Below are positions 25,831 to 39,024 of a stretch of 64,000 nt of DNA, piece by piece (within the stretch, counting starts at the first letter, position 1; each line of letters starts with the position of its first letter). Location: the NCBI RefSeq assembly GCF_964194155.1, contig NC_135901.1, positions 17,670,001-17,734,000 on the forward strand, given 5' to 3'. The DNA comes from Cetorhinus maximus (lineage: Eukaryota). The notes beneath the pieces were generated by a model, which did no database searches, had not been told where the DNA came from, and worked only from the letters and a program-made list of their open reading frames with translations. A program made the translations under genes and the position numbers.

Positions 25831-26254
25831 ATTGCGACATGGACAACAAACTTTACCCAAAACTGGGACTGTAACTCTCACTAATAACACAGCTCAACGG
25901 TTTGCCCATTTTAGCTGCCAAGTATGTTTATTTAAGCACACGAGGTAATTTGCCTGCATAGAACAAATTCTTCAACATTCCCAATGAGATCGATGTAATC
26001 ATTAAAAGATGGAAAGATCATTAAAAGTTTCCCTGTCTCTCTAATATCTGAAATCTTTGCCCACAGACATTTCACCTTCAACATTCAAAGGGCGATGACA
26101 TTCAGGTCCTGATGAATCGAGTAACTCAGATCATGACATGATATTTGGTCTGAGGTTCCCGCTTGGGAATCCTCCTGTTCTAACTCCTGTAAAAGGAGTT
26201 TCCAGGGAAGTTTCACTGCGAGTCTAGGATAGAAATTCACATCTTTTCTTCCTG

Positions 26255-26690
26255 CATGCGGTCCCAGGATGGCCGCGCCTGCGCCCTGCCGCTATAAAGA
26301 TGGCGGCTGCGCATGCGCTAGGCTGCACATTATCCCTATAAAGATGGCGGCTGCTAACCTGGACCTGTCACTGGCAGAAACATCAACAGTGTCGGGGCCC
26401 TCGGTGTAAACAACGGATTGTATCAAAAGTACTGGAACAGACTTCTCACCCTCCGGACGCTTTTTGAATGATGGCGGATAAGGAGACCCAGAATGCTCCG
26501 CGCGAGTGAATACGCCCTATCTCCATCAGAAGGGCCGTAACGCGCAGGCGCGGGAAGGCCCCGCCCCCGGAAGCCGCCTGATTGCGCGGAGCATGCGCAG
26601 TATGGCTCCAGGCTGAGCGCAGCCTCAGTGAGAGTGACGAGGCTGCTGGAGTCTGAATGGGAGCGGCCGGAACAAGGAATCCTGTAGGAG
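26255..26690. promoter_or_regulatory. Probable bidirectional CpG-island promoter between divergent ZNF genes
   Basis: Two AAGATGGCGGC (YY1-like), GCGCATGCGC and GAGCATGCGCA (NRF1-like), ccccgcccc and ccggaag (ETS-like); ZNF ORFs lie on - to the left and + to the right. Confidence 0.65.
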
Positions 26691-26869
26691 CTGTTAATCC
26701 ATTTCACACAGACAGATACTTTTAATTTATGATGGGCTTATAGGAGTCAGTAGCAAGGCAGCTCATATTGCCAATCCCCTGTTGCCTGTTGAGAAACTGA
26801 TGGTGGGTTTTGTTCTTGAACCGCTGCAGCCCGTGTGGTGAAGGGGCTTCCACAAAACTGTTAGGTAAG

Positions 26870-27335
26870 GATGGGATGAAGCATTTAAGTTATGAAGAGA
26901 GGTTGGATAGACTTGGGTTGTTTTTGTTGGACAAGAGAAGACTGAGGGGTGACCTGATCGAGGTGTACAAGATTATGAGGGGCATGGACCGAGTGGATAG
27001 GGAGCAGCTGTTCCCCTTAGTTGAAGGGTCAGTCACAAGGGGACACAAGTTCAAGGTGAGGGGCAGGAGGTTTAGGGGGGATGTGAGGGAAAACTTTTTT
27101 ACCCAGAGGGTGATGACGGTCTGGAATGCGCTGCCTGGGAGGGTGGTGGAGGCGGGTTGCCTCACATCCTTTAAAAAGTACCTGGATGAGCACTTGGCAT
27201 GTCATAACATTCAAGGCTATGGGCCAAGTGTTGGTAAATGAGATTAGGTAGGTAGGTCAGGTGTTTCTCACGTATCAGTGCAGACTCGATGGGCTGAAGG
27301 GTCTCTTCTGCACCACGTGGTTCTGTGATTCTGTG
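26870..27335 (+). mobile_element. CR1/HER1-like LINE 3' fragment
   Basis: SYEERLDRLGLF...RRLRGDLIEVYKIMRG; tail gtgcagactcgatgggctgaaggg. Confidence 0.85.
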
Positions 27336-27365
27336 ACTGAGAGGATCTTCATCCAGTGATGAAGC

Positions 27366-27674
27366 AACAGTGATGTGTGTCCAGATCTGTAACATTGACT
27401 TACATTTATAACGGTGATGTGTGTCCAAGTCTGTAACATTGACTTACATTTATAACGGTGATGTGTGTCCCAGTCTGTAACATTGACTTACATTTATAAC
27501 AGTGATATGTGTCCCAGTCTGTAGCATTGACTTACATTTATAACAGTGATATGTGTCCTAGTCTGTAACATTGACTTACATTTATAACAGTGATATGTGT
27601 CCTAGTCTATAACATTGACTTACATTTATAACGGTGATATGTGTCCAAGTCTGTAACATTGACTTTCATTTATA
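27366..27674. repeat. 44-bp minisatellite, about 7 copies
   Basis: Unit aac(a/g)gtgat(g/a)tgtgtccNagtctgtaacattgacttacatttat repeats every 44 bp from 27366. Confidence 0.95.
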
Positions 27675-28460
27675 TAGCGCCTTTGCTGTAATCAAACATT
27701 CCAGGGTGTTTTATGGGAGTTTTGCAAAGCAACATCTGACACCAGGACACACGGAGATATCAGGGAAGAAAGTCAAAAGTTTGGTCAAAGAGGTAGGTTT
27801 GAAGGAGTGTCTTAATGAGGAAAGTAAGTTACAGAGATGGAGAGATTTCATGAGGGATATTGTGATTTTTTGCCTTTGGCCAAGCCATGAACACTGAAGG
27901 AACTGAAAATGGGGATGCTGAAGAGACCGGAATTATAAGAGCACAGAGATCTCAGAGGGCTGTGGGGCTGGAGGAGATGACAGAAATAGGGGTGGGCAAA
28001 GCTTTGGAGAGATTTGGAAACAGATGAAAGTTTTAAGATTTGAAGCACTGCTCAACCTGAAGCCTAAGTAGCTCAGTGAGCCTAGAGTAGTGAAGGGTAG
28101 CAGAGTTTTGGATGATCTCAGCTTTACAGAGAGGTTGAATGTGGGATGAATTAGAATAGTCAAATTTAGGGAGTGGAGTGGATGAGAGTTTCAGAAGCAG
28201 ATTAGCTGACTCAGGGGCAAAGCAGGTGAGGTTACTGAGGTGGAAATAGGCGGTGTTCTGTGGTCAGGAGATCAGCTGGGGGGGAAACATGACACTGAGA
28301 TTGTGCCCAGTCTTGTCCAGCCTGGGACAGTTTCCAGGGAGAGGAATGAAGTCAGTGGCGATGGAATAGTTTAGAGCGGGGACTGAAGACAATGTCTTTG
28401 GTCTTCACGATATTTAACTGGAGGAAATTTCTGTTCATCCAGTACTAGGAGTCAGACAAG
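27665..28460 (-). mobile_element. Old L2 LINE fragment
   Basis: Reverse-strand L2 3' end (catttatatagcgcc); inverted paralog of 9580-10800. Confidence 0.7.
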
Positions 28461-28980
28461 TCAGGACGGTTTCAACTTGGAGGGGAACTTGGAAGTGATG
28501 GTGTTCACATACACCTGCTTCTCTGGTCCTTCCAGCTGGTAGAAGTTGAGGGTTTGGAAGTTTCTGTCAAAGTTTAGGTTGTTGTGGATATATAAAATCC
28601 CTCTCCTTTGCCCCCCAATGCTCCCACATCTCAATGTCTGCCTGTTCTCCCTTAGAAGCCAGCGTCCAGGTCCAGATGAGATGGTGGGTCCCTTTCCCTG
28701 AAGGACATTAGTGAACCAGTTGGGCTTTTATGACAATCCAGCAGCTTTCATGGTCACTTTTCCCTAGTGCCGGCCCCACAAATTACCAGATTCATTCAGC
28801 TCAATTTCACAATCTGCCTTTGTGGATTCCCTCACTCACTCCTTTTTCTCTGTTTTAAATCAATTTCACAGGGTATTAGAGGGGAAGAATTTACAGTCAG
28901 GAAATTCAAACCCAACATCACTTCAGGATCTAACAGAGTTGCACGATTTATCATAACCTGAATATTGTCGGATTTTGAAC

Positions 28981-29688
28981 ATGGAAGGAAAAAACACCAT
29001 TCACAGTTGGGAGAAACCGTACACGTGTTCTGTGTGTGGACGAGGCTTCAACCGATCATCTGACCTGTCGAGACACAAGCGCAGTCACACTAAGGAGAAA
29101 CCCTGTAAATGTGAGGACTGTGGGAAAGGATTCAATTTTCCAGTTCAGCTGGAATCTCATCGGCGCAGTCACACCGGGGAGAAGCTGTTCGCCTGCTCCG
29201 AGTGTGGGAAGGGATTCACTCTGTCATGTAACCTGTTGGCTCACCAGCGAGTTCACTCTGATGAGAAACCTTTTAAATGCCCAGACTGTGGGAAGTGCTA
29301 TAAAAGTTCTGGTGAACTGATGCGCCATCAACGTATTCACACTGATGAGAGGCCATTCAGATGCTCTCGGTGCCATACTGGGTTCAGGCAATTATCTGAC
29401 CTCACTGTACACCAGCGAGTTCACACTGGAGAGAGGCCATTCACCTGCTCCGAGTGTGGGAAGGGATTCACTCAGTTAGCCAACCTGCTGACACACCAGC
29501 GCATTCATACTGGTGAGAGGCCATTCACCTGCTCCTTGTGTGGAAAGGGATTCACTACATTATCCAACCAGCTGGAGCACCAGCGAGTTCACACTGGGGA
29601 GAGGCCATTCACCTGCACCGTATGTCAGAAGGGATTTGCTCACTCATCCACCCTGCTGAGACACCAGCAAGTTCACAAAGATGCATGA
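28981..29688 (+). CDS. C2H2 zinc-finger protein, 8 fingers
   Basis: ATG 28981 [23 protein letters not shown]...HQQVHKDA*; acceptor tttcacag ends at 28871. Confidence 0.88.
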   Translation: MEGKNTIHSWEKPYTCSVCGRGFNRSSDLSRHKRSHTKEKPCKCEDCGKGFNFPVQLESHRRSHTGEKLFACSECGKGFTLSCNLLAHQRVHSDEKPFKCPDCGKCYKSSGELMRHQRIHTDERPFRCSRCHTGFRQLSDLTVHQRVHTGERPFTCSECGKGFTQLANLLTHQRIHTGERPFTCSLCGKGFTTLSNQLEHQRVHTGERPFTCTVCQKGFAHSSTLLRHQQVHKDA

Positions 29689-29953
29689 GAACGCCACCAT
29701 CTTCATGTTTCCCACCAAGCCCCACGCCATCCTGACTTGGAACTATATCGCCGTTCCTTCACTGTCACTGGAAGAAAATCCTGGAACTCCTTTCCTAACA
29801 GCACTGTGGGTGTACCTATCCCACATGGACTGTAGTGATTCAAGAAGGCAGCTCACCAGTACCTTCTCAAGGGAAATTAGGGATAGGCAATAAATGCTGG
29901 CTGAGCCAGTGACACCAGCGACACCCACATCCCATGAACGAATAAGTAAAAAA
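29680..29953 (+). mobile_element. Family-B LINE tail inserted at the ZNF stop codon
   Basis: Matches 1820-2066; begins right after ...gttcacaaag; the ZNF 3' UTR resumes near 29960. Confidence 0.75.
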
Positions 29954-30779
29954 ACTTAAATAGTGCTTGAATTTTGCTGTTAATCACACTTAGAACTGAA
30001 CTACGTTCCTAGTTTATTTCTGCTGATGTAAATGAACTCCAGCCCAGTTATAGGGATTAATATTCTGGATAAAAGTTAAATAAATCAGCTTTGTTTTAAA
30101 TACACAATTTGTTGAGTCATTTTAATATCTCTAACATGTTAGCTCCTTTTGAATTGCTCTCCTTCTCCTCTGTCTCCTCCATCCTCACCCCCAACAAAGT
30201 GCTCATGGAGGAGCAGCTCATGGTCTTCTTTGTCACTAAAATTGAGACAATCCAACCGGCTGCCTCTGTTGTTTCCCTCCCTTCCCCTAACCTACTGGGC
30301 CAAACCTCCCCTAAAGTTCCCCTTATACCGAGCTCTGAACTCACATCTTCCTCTAGTTTCTCTCCCACCTCCCTTCATGCCCTCTCATCTTGTCCATGAG
30401 ACACACCTCCTGCTCCATTGACACTATTCCCCCTAAACTACTGACTGCATAACCTCTCCATGGGAAGATAATGCAGTGGATTCGGAGCTCTCTTCTGCCC
30501 AGCTCTGATCTAAGAAGCTGCAGCTACACTGGAGATATTTATATTTAACTTGTTCACCACATTCATCATCTGGCCCTGTTCAAACCATAACCACAAGGAT
30601 ATCTGTGTATTGTTCTGAGTGTGACATAAGGCTGTGTCACTATTACACACAGGTACCATTTCCTTGGTTCACATCTCCATACAATGACCAGCTCTTTACA
30701 CATCCCCTTCCACGCTCAAATCAACATCACAAATACAGATTATCTGTTCATTATCAGATTGCTTGTGGGATCTTGCTGG

Positions 30780-31170
30780 TTCCTCAAATCCCCACTAAAC
30801 CCCCTGCCCTTTATTTTCAATCTATGCCCCCTGGTTATTGACACCACCACTAAGGGGAAATGTTTCTCCCGGTCTATGCCCCTCATTATTTTGTACACCT
30901 CTATCAGGTCCCCCCTCAGCCTTCTCTGCTCGAAGGAAAACAACCCTCGCCTATCCAGTCTCTCTTCATAGCTGAAACGCTCCAGCCCAGGCAACATCCT
31001 GGTGAATCCCCTCTGCACCCTCTCCAGTGCAATCACATCCTTCCTCTAGTTTGGTGACTAGAATTGCACACAGTACTCCAGCTGTAACTTAACTCACATT
31101 GTATGCACTCTAACATAACCTCCTCGCTCTTATATTCTGTGTCTCGGTTAATAAAGGCAAGTGTCCCATA
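30780..31170 (-). mobile_element. CR1 fragment
   Basis: ALERVQRGFTRMLPGL...RRLRGDLIEVYKIMRG on the minus strand. Confidence 0.8.
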
Positions 31171-31351
31171 TGGGGTGGGGTGGAGACAGGCGACATTATG
31201 GAGATTAAAATATCTGGTGTTAGTGATGGTGTGGATATGTGGTCAGAAACTTATCTTGGGGTTAAATCTGACACCAGGATTGTGAACAGTGTGGTTGAGC
31301 CTCAGACAGTTCCCAGGGAGAGGGATGCACACGGCCGTTATGGAACAGAAT

Positions 31352-32289
31352 TTTCCAGGCTGATCAAATCCACAAGGGAGACTTGGCCAAACTATCACAA
31401 TGATTTTTCTATTTGCATTTGTTACAAGGAGGCTTGTGCACTGAAGTCAGAAGTAATGAGTCCACGGCCACCTTCAGAGATTTTAAAGATTAATTTAAAG
31501 TATTTATTAACTTTAATAAAAACTTAAGAAAATAAAAATAAGAAAAAACTTAAACACACACACACAAAATCACGGTTACACAGTTACTTAATCTTATAGC
31601 ATTTCGCAAAATTCATACTTAACCAGACTACCAACTACACACTTCCTTTAAGGCAACAGCCCAAATAGATTCCCAATTTATAATGACATTCAATACTATT
31701 ACCACAAGCACCCACTCAACAGTGAAATTCCAAAGGCTTTTAACACAACCTTGGTTACTGGAACAGCAAACTTCTGGAGGGTAGCTAGAGGCTCCCCCCA
31801 CCCCCCAAGTCTGTTTCACACGTTGCACCTTTCAAGGTCTCACATGGCCATACCCCACACAACCTTCCATCCTTCTTTAAATATATTTTATACCTTTTGA
31901 TTTGTAAATCCCATTGTTTCTCTTTCAAAGTTACTTTTCCCAGAATACGAAAATCTTTCACGTTGTTATTATGGCCAGCACTTCTGGGAAAAACAAATGC
32001 AATCGCTTTGCCTGACTTGTCAGTTGTAGACATTACACCATCGCGTTGAAAATCAAACAACTCCTTTATCTAAACATGTAAATTACCTTCACACCTTATC
32101 CACCGAGACCTCATTCCAGCTCACTCATCCCCATTTCAAATGCTTCTTTTACACCTCACTCCTTTGATAATTTAAACCTTGCAGTCTAATTGTCTTTAGT
32201 TAATTAAATTAGCCACACACACAGAACCATAAGCTTGCTTTACAATATCCCACAATAATATTAGAAAAAAATCTGATAGTTCCTTGACA
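31352..32289 (-). mobile_element. Probable solo LTR or LTR-like insertion within an L2 fragment
   Basis: Minus strand reads TGTCAAGGA...AATAAA...TCCTTGTAACA (TG..CA with short inverted ends, 31420-32289); interrupts L2 sequence that resumes near 32290; TSD unclear. Confidence 0.45.
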
Positions 32290-33000
32290 ATTCGAAGTGG
32301 TGGCTGAAGACAATAGCTTTGGTCTTCCCAAACTTTGATTGGAGAAAATTCCTGCTTATTCAGTACTTGGTGCCAGATAAGCAGTTTGATAATTTAGTAA
32401 CAGTGGAGGAATGGTGGTGAGGTAGAGCTGGGCATTGTCAGTGTACATGTGAAAACTAACACGGTGCTTTTGGGTGATGTCACCTAGTGGCAGCGGGTAG
32501 ATGAGAAATAGGAGGGGCCAAGGATAGATCCTTGGGGGACACCAAGTTCAAGGACTTTGTAGAGAAAAGGGAGTTTGGAGATGGGGTGGTAGTTTGTAAA
32601 GATGGTGGGATAAAGGTTTGTTTCTTCTCAGGAGGGTGATGGTGGTGGATTTTAAGGCAAGAGGGACAGATAGAAAGAACCATTAACAATATCAGCTAAC
32701 ATAGAGAAAATGGATGGTCAGCAGTTTCGTGAGAATAGGGTCAAGGCAGCAGAACGCAGGTCTCATTGACAAGATGAGCTCTGAGAGGGCAAGAGGGGAG
32801 AGAGGGGCGAAACTGGAGAAAAACAGGTTCAGGGCAAGGGGCAGGGGGGAAGCTTTAGAAAGAGTTTGGCCCGGTGGGCCAGTGGAAGGAGGGAAGCAGC
32901 TGATCGGATTGTCTCAATCTTAGTGACAAAGAAGCTCCATGAGCTCCTCACACTTGTTGTTGGAGGTGTGGATGAAGGAGACAGAGGAGAGGGAGAGCAC
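32290..33000 (-). mobile_element. Old L2 LINE fragment downstream of the ZNF gene
   Basis: Reverse-strand RT-like sequence; homologous to 3280-3485 and, inverted, to 30110-30460. Confidence 0.65.
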
Positions 33001-33164
33001 TTCAAAAGGAACTAATTTGTGTTAGAGATATTAAAAAGACTCAACACGGTGCAAGTTTAACACAAAGCTGATTTATTTGACTTTATCCAGAATATTAATT
33101 GGACTGGAGTTTATTAACATCAGCAGAAACAGACCAAATGGACACAGTTCAGTCCTGGATGTGA

Positions 33165-34304
33165 TTAACAGAAAAACCCAATCACTTGTGAACTCGCTGA
33201 TGTTTCAGCAGTTTGGATGAGGTTATGAATCCCCTCCCACACTCGGGGCAGCTGAATGGCCTCTCCCCAGTGTGAACTCGCCGGTGTCTCAGCAGGGAGG
33301 ATGTGGTTGTGAATCTCCTCCCACACTCGGGGGCAGCTGAATGGCCTCTCCCCAGTGTGAACTCGCCGGTGTCTCAGCAGGGACGATGTGGTTGTGAATC
33401 CCCTCCCACACTCAGAGCAGGTGAATGGCCTCTCCCCAGTGTGAGTGCGCTGGTGTGTTAACAGGATGGATAAGCGAGTGAATCCCATCCCACACTCTGA
33501 GCAGGTGAATGGTCTCTCCCCATTGTGAATTCGCTGGTGTACAATGAGTTGAGATGATTGTCTGAACCCAGTCCCGCAGTGAGAGCACCTGAACGGTCTC
33601 TCATCGGTGTGAACACGTTGATGGATCATCAGGTCCCCGGAACTTTTAAAGCACTTCCCACAGTCTGGACATTTGAAAGGTCTCTCGTCAGTGTGAACAC
33701 TCTGGTGATTCAGCAGGGTGGATGCGTTAGCAAATCCCTTCCCACACTTGGAGCAGGTGAATGGGCTCTCCCCAGTGTGAATTCGCTGGTGAACAGTGAG
33801 GTGAAATAATGTCTTGAACCCAGTCCCACAGTGCGAGCACCTAAATGGCCTCTCATCAGTGGGAACACGTTGATGGGCAGTCAGTTCCCGGGGACTTTTA
33901 AAGCACTTCCCGCAGTCTGGGCATTTGAAAGGTCTCTCGTCAGTGTGAACTCGCTGGTGTGTCAGCAGGGTGGATGAGCGAACAAATCCCTTCCCACACT
34001 CGGAGCAGGTGAACGGACTCTCCCCAGTGTGAACTCGCCGATGTTTCAGCATGCTGGACGAACAAGTAAATCCCTTCCTACACTCAGGGCAGGTGAACGG
34101 TCTCTCCCCAGTGTGAATTCGTTGATGATTTTCCAGCTCTGATGGGTAATTAAATCCCTTCCCACAGTCCCCACATTTCCACAGTTTCTCCCTGTTGTGA
34201 CTGCATTTATGTTTCAACAGATTAGATGATCGGTTGAAGCCTCGTCCACACACAGAACACGTGTACGGTTTCTCCCCACTGTGAACGGTGCTTTTTCCTT
34301 CCAT
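33165..34304 (-). CDS. C2H2 zinc-finger protein: about 11 in-frame fingers plus 2 lost to a frameshift
   Basis: ATG 34304 [23 protein letters not shown]...; extra G in a G-run near 33330 shifts the frame; the ancestral HK-stop is at about 33182. Confidence 0.8.
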   Translation of the reverse strand: MEGKSTVHSGEKPYTCSVCGRGFNRSSNLLKHKCSHNREKLWKCGDCGKGFNYPSELENHQRIHTGERPFTCPECRKGFTCSSSMLKHRRVHTGESPFTCSECGKGFVRSSTLLTHQRVHTDERPFKCPDCGKCFKSPRELTAHQRVPTDERPFRCSHCGTGFKTLFHLTVHQRIHTGESPFTCSKCGKGFANASTLLNHQSVHTDERPFKCPDCGKCFKSSGDLMIHQRVHTDERPFRCSHCGTGFRQSSQLIVHQRIHNGERPFTCSECGMGFTRLSILLTHQRTHTGERPFTCSECGRGFTTTSSLLRHRRVHTGERPFSCPRVWEEIHNHILPAETPASSHWGEAIQLPRVWEGIHNLIQTAETSASSQVIGFFC

Positions 34305-34829
34305 GTTCAACTTCCGATGATATTTGGGTGACGATAAGCTGGGCAACTCTGTCAGATCCTAATGTGATGTTTGGTTTCAGTTTCCCAACTGCAAATCCTC
34401 CCCTTCTAATACCCTGTGAAATTGATTTAAAACAGAGAAAAGGGAGTGAGAGAGAAACCACAAAAACAGGTTGTGAAATTGAGCTGAATGAATCTGGTAA
34501 TTTGTGGGGCCGGCACCAGGAAAAAGTGACCATGAAAACTGCTGGATTGTCATAAAAACCCAACTGGTTCACTAATGTCCTTCAGGGAAGGGAATCTGCC
34601 ACCCAGTCTGGGCCTACACAAGGCACCGGCCTAGATGGGAGAAGACAGGAAGAGAGAGAAGGGTCAGGGTGGGAGAGGGAAGGGTTGAAAAAGAGGGATT
34701 ACAACTCAACCAGAATTTTGACAGAAAATCAAAACCCTGAACCTCCACTACCTAGAAGGGCCAGGCTGGGAGGTGTGTGTGAACACCATCACCTCCAAGT
34801 TCCCTTTCAACTCACACACCATCCTGACT

Positions 34830-35695
34830 TGTCTGACATCCAGTACTGGACGAACAGAAATTTCCTCCATTTAAGTATTGGGAAAACCAAAGCCATTGTC
34901 TTCAGTTCCCACTACAAACTCCACTTCCTGGCCACCGACTCCATCTCTCTCCCTGGTAGCTGTCTGAGGCCAGACCAGTCTGTTCACAACCACTGGGTCA
35001 TAGTTCACCCAAAAATTAGCTTCAAACCACATATATGCATCATCACTAAGGCCGCCCATTTCCATCTCAGTAACATCGCCCGACACTGCCCAACTCCCTG
35101 CTCATCCTTTCCTGAAACTCTCATCCATTCTTTTGTCACCTCTAGACTTAACAATCCTGACCGGCCTCCTACATTCAACCTCCCTGTAATCTTGAGGTCA
35201 CCCAAAACTCTGCTGTCTGTGTGCTTACTCGCACCAAGTCTTGTTCCCCCATCACCCCTGTGCTCACTGACCTATAAAGGCTCTGGGTTAAGAAGCACCT
35301 AAATTTTAAATTCCTCATCCTTATTTTCAATTACCTCCATGGCCCCTCCCTATCTCTGTAATCTCCTCCAGCCTCACAACCCTCTGAGATATCTGCGCTC
35401 CACTAATTCTGACATCCTGAACATTCCCGATTTTAATTGCTCCACCTTTGGTGGTCGAGCTGCCAAAGCCAAAAGCTGTGGAATTTCCTCCCTAAACCTC
35501 TCTGTCTCTCTACCTCACTTTCCTCCTTTAAGATACTCCTTAAAAACTATCTGTTTGACCAAACTATTGGTCAAATGCCCTAACATCTCCTTATGTGGGT
35601 TTCGTGTTAAATGTTGCTGTATAACACTCCTGTGAACACACATTGGAATGTTCTATTACACGAAAGGCACTATATAAATACACATTGTTGCTGTT
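34830..35695 (+). mobile_element. Old L2 LINE 3' fragment (paralog of 9580-10800)
   Basis: LHLSIGKTKAIVF...HFHLSNIAR...ETLIHSFVTSRLN. Confidence 0.75.
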
Positions 35696-36844
35696 GATTT
35701 CGGCATATATCACTGTTCCTTAATCATTACTGGGTGAATAACCTGTAACATTGTGGGAGCACCTTCACCACAGGCTGCAGTGGTTCAAGAAGGTCAAACA
35801 TCATCTTCTCCACAAGTAAGTGGAGATGGGTAATATCAGCTGCTGGTCTTGTTAGTGAAAGGTCAGGGAGTGGGACTAACTCTTGCTCTTGCAGAGAGCC
35901 AGCAGGGGCACGATAGGCTAAATGGCCTCTGGCTGTATTGTAACCATTCAATGATTCTATGACTCAATGAAAAAGGACCAACACTGGAGGCCAGGGACCA
36001 ACTTCAGCCATCAATGTCAACCCTGCAACAAACCGGCTCTTAACTGGTCCGTCTGTGTTTCCAGATTCAGTTCTGTGAACAACGCCTGCAATAAAATAAT
36101 AGCAAAATACTGCAGCTACTGGAAATCTGAAACAAAAAGAGAAAATTCTCAGCAGGTCAGACAGTAACTGTGGGGAGAGAAAAAAAGTTAGTGTTTCAGG
36201 GTGTGCAGAATGAACTATGGGAAGTAAAACTGCTGCAGAATTTGATGGTCAATATAAACTCAGAAACAGAAGAGAAATGGACGACAGCACAGGAAAAACA
36301 ATTCCTGACCATGAAAGATACTATGGGAAGATAAAGCTGGAAAGCCAGCAGCACGTGGTTGGGCGATGGGCAGTGGTAGAAACCTCATTTAGACGCAGTT
36401 GGTAGAAGTAACAGTAAAATACTGAACATAACTAAAACACACCCATTATTAGAGACAGAGGAAGTTAGACAATGGCAGAGAGATGATCAGGGAGGGCAGT
36501 GGTGAAATAGAGCAATGGATGGACATGGGTTCAGATCCACAGTAAAGGAGCCACACCAGCCTTAGAGCCATGGAACCTCTCACAGATAACAGGGAACAGC
36601 ACTAAAAGCTCTAAATTGTAGAGGAATGGTCAAAAATACTCACCTCTGAACCAATTTCAGTTTTCAATATTAAAATATTCCACTGGAGCCGGCAGCTGGA
36701 AAGATATCAGAAACACTGGAGTCAGAGAAAAATCTCCCAGTTGAGTAAATACCCAGGGAGCGGGGGTGATGTCACTGAGCAATTGTTAGTGTGTGATGAC
36801 ATCACAGAGACGAACACAGAACATCTGGGTCTGTGCAAACCAGT

Positions 36845-38845
36845 GATCACCACACATTATGAAGGATGTGAGGGTCCTTGAGAGGGTGCAGAGGAGATTT
36901 ACCAGAATGGTTCCAGGGATGAGGGATTTTAGTAACAATGTTAGGTTGGAGAAACTGGGGTTGTTCTCCTTGCAGCAAAGGAGGTTGAGGGGAAAACTGA
37001 TAGAGATGCAAAAGTTTATAAAAGGTTATAAAAGATAAAGTTGAAGCATTTGCCACAATCTTCAGCCAGAAGTGCCGAGTGGATGATCCATCTTGGCCCC
37101 TTCCGGAGGTCCCCAGCATCACAGATGCCAGTGCTCAGCAAATTAGATTCACTCCACGGCTGAAGGCACTGGATAGTGCAAAAGCTATGGGGCTTGACAA
37201 TATTCCAGCAATTGTACTGAAGACTTAGGCTCCAGAACTTGCCTCGCCCCTAGCCAGGCTGTTCCAGTACAGCTACAACACTGGCATCGACCCAGCAATG
37301 TGAAAAATTACCCAGGTATGTCCTGTACACAAAAAGCAGGACAAATCCAACCTGGCCAATTACCACCCCATCAGTATTTTCTCGATCATCAGTAAAGTGA
37401 TGGAAGGGGTCATCAACAGTATTATCAAGCGGCATTTGCTTAACAATAACCTGCTCACTGACGCCAAGTTTGGGTTCCACCAGGGCCACTCGGCTCCTGA
37501 CCCCATTACAGCCTTGGTTCAAACATGGACAAAAGAGCTGAACTCTGATGATGAGATGAGAGTGACTGCATCATGGCAGCATTTGACCAAATGTGGCATC
37601 AAGGAGCCATAGCAAAACTGGTGTCAATGGGAATCGGGGGGAAACTCTCCACTGGTTGGAGTCATACCCAGCACAAAGGAATGTGGTTGTAGTTGTTGGA
37701 GATCAATCATCTCAGTTCCAGGGCATCACTGCAGGAGTTCCTCAGGGTAGTGTCCTAGGCCCAACCATCTTCAGATGCTTCATCAATGACCTTCCTTCCA
37801 TCATAAGGTCAGAAGTGGGGATGTTCGCTGATGATTGCACAATGTTCAGCACCATTTGTGACTCCTCAGATACTGAAGCAGTCCATGTTCAAATGCAGCA
37901 AGACCTGGACAATAGCTTGGGCTGAAAAGTGGCAAGTAACATTCGAGCCACACAAGTATCAAGCACTGACAACCTCCAACAAGAGAGAATCTAACCATCG
38001 CCCCCTGACATTCAATGGCATTACCATCATTGAATGCCCCGCTATCAACATCCTGGGGATCGCTCTTGACCAGAAACTGAACTGGACTAGCCATATAAAT
38101 ACAGTGGCTACAACAACAGGTCAGAGGCTAGGAATCCTGTAGCGAGTAAGTCACCTCCTGACTCCCCATAGTCTGTCCACCATCTACAAGGCACAAGTCA
38201 GGAGTGTGATGGAATGTTCCCCACTTGCCTGGATAAGTGCAGCTCCCACAACACTCAAGAAGCCTGACACGGTCCAGGACAAAGTAGTCCACTTGACTGG
38301 CACCATATTCATAAACATTCACTCCCTTCATCACCAATGCACAGTAGCAGCAGTGTGTACCCCATCTACAAGATGCACTGCAGGAATTCACCAGGGTTCC
38401 TTAGGCAGCACCTTCCAAACATGGCTGGTACCATCTGGAAGGACAAGGGCAGCAGGTAGATGGGAACACCACCACCTGGAATTTCCTTTCCAAGTCACTC
38501 ACCATCGTGACTTGGAAAAATATCGCTGTTCCTTCACTGTCACTGGGTCAAAATCCTGGAACTCCCTTCCTAACAGCACTGTGGGTGTACCGACAGCACA
38601 TGGACTGCAGCGGTTCAAGAAGGCAGCTCACCACCACCTTCTCAAAGGCAACTAGGGATGGGCAATAAATGCTGGCCCATCCAGCAAAGCCCACATCCTG
38701 TGAATGAATGAAAAATACATAAGGTATTAGCTAATCATAAAAGTATCACAGACACAGATTTAAGATTTAGGGTAAGATCTACAGGGGGAATGTGAGGAAG
38801 AAATTTCACACATTGAGTGTTAATGAGCTGGAACTCAATGCTTAA
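36845..38845 (+). mobile_element. Family-B LINE RT fragment (37030-38715) nested in a CR1 fragment
   Basis: GVPQGSVLGPTIF...MFADD; CR1 sequence on both sides. Confidence 0.8.
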
Positions 38846-39024
38846 ACTCAAAGACCGATAATATCCAGGTCCTGATGAATCGAGTGACTGGAGTCAGATC
38901 TTAATATGATCTTTGCTTTGAGTGGCTGTGTGTAAATCCTCCCCTTCCAATTCCCTGTAAAAGGAGTTTCCAAAACCCATCCCTGTCAGTCCAGGATAGA
39001 AATGCACAACATGCTCTCCTCCTG

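Noticed and set aside
27366-27674. CRISPR-like array
   Set aside because: Units are contiguous with no unique spacers and the context is eukaryotic; it is a minisatellite.
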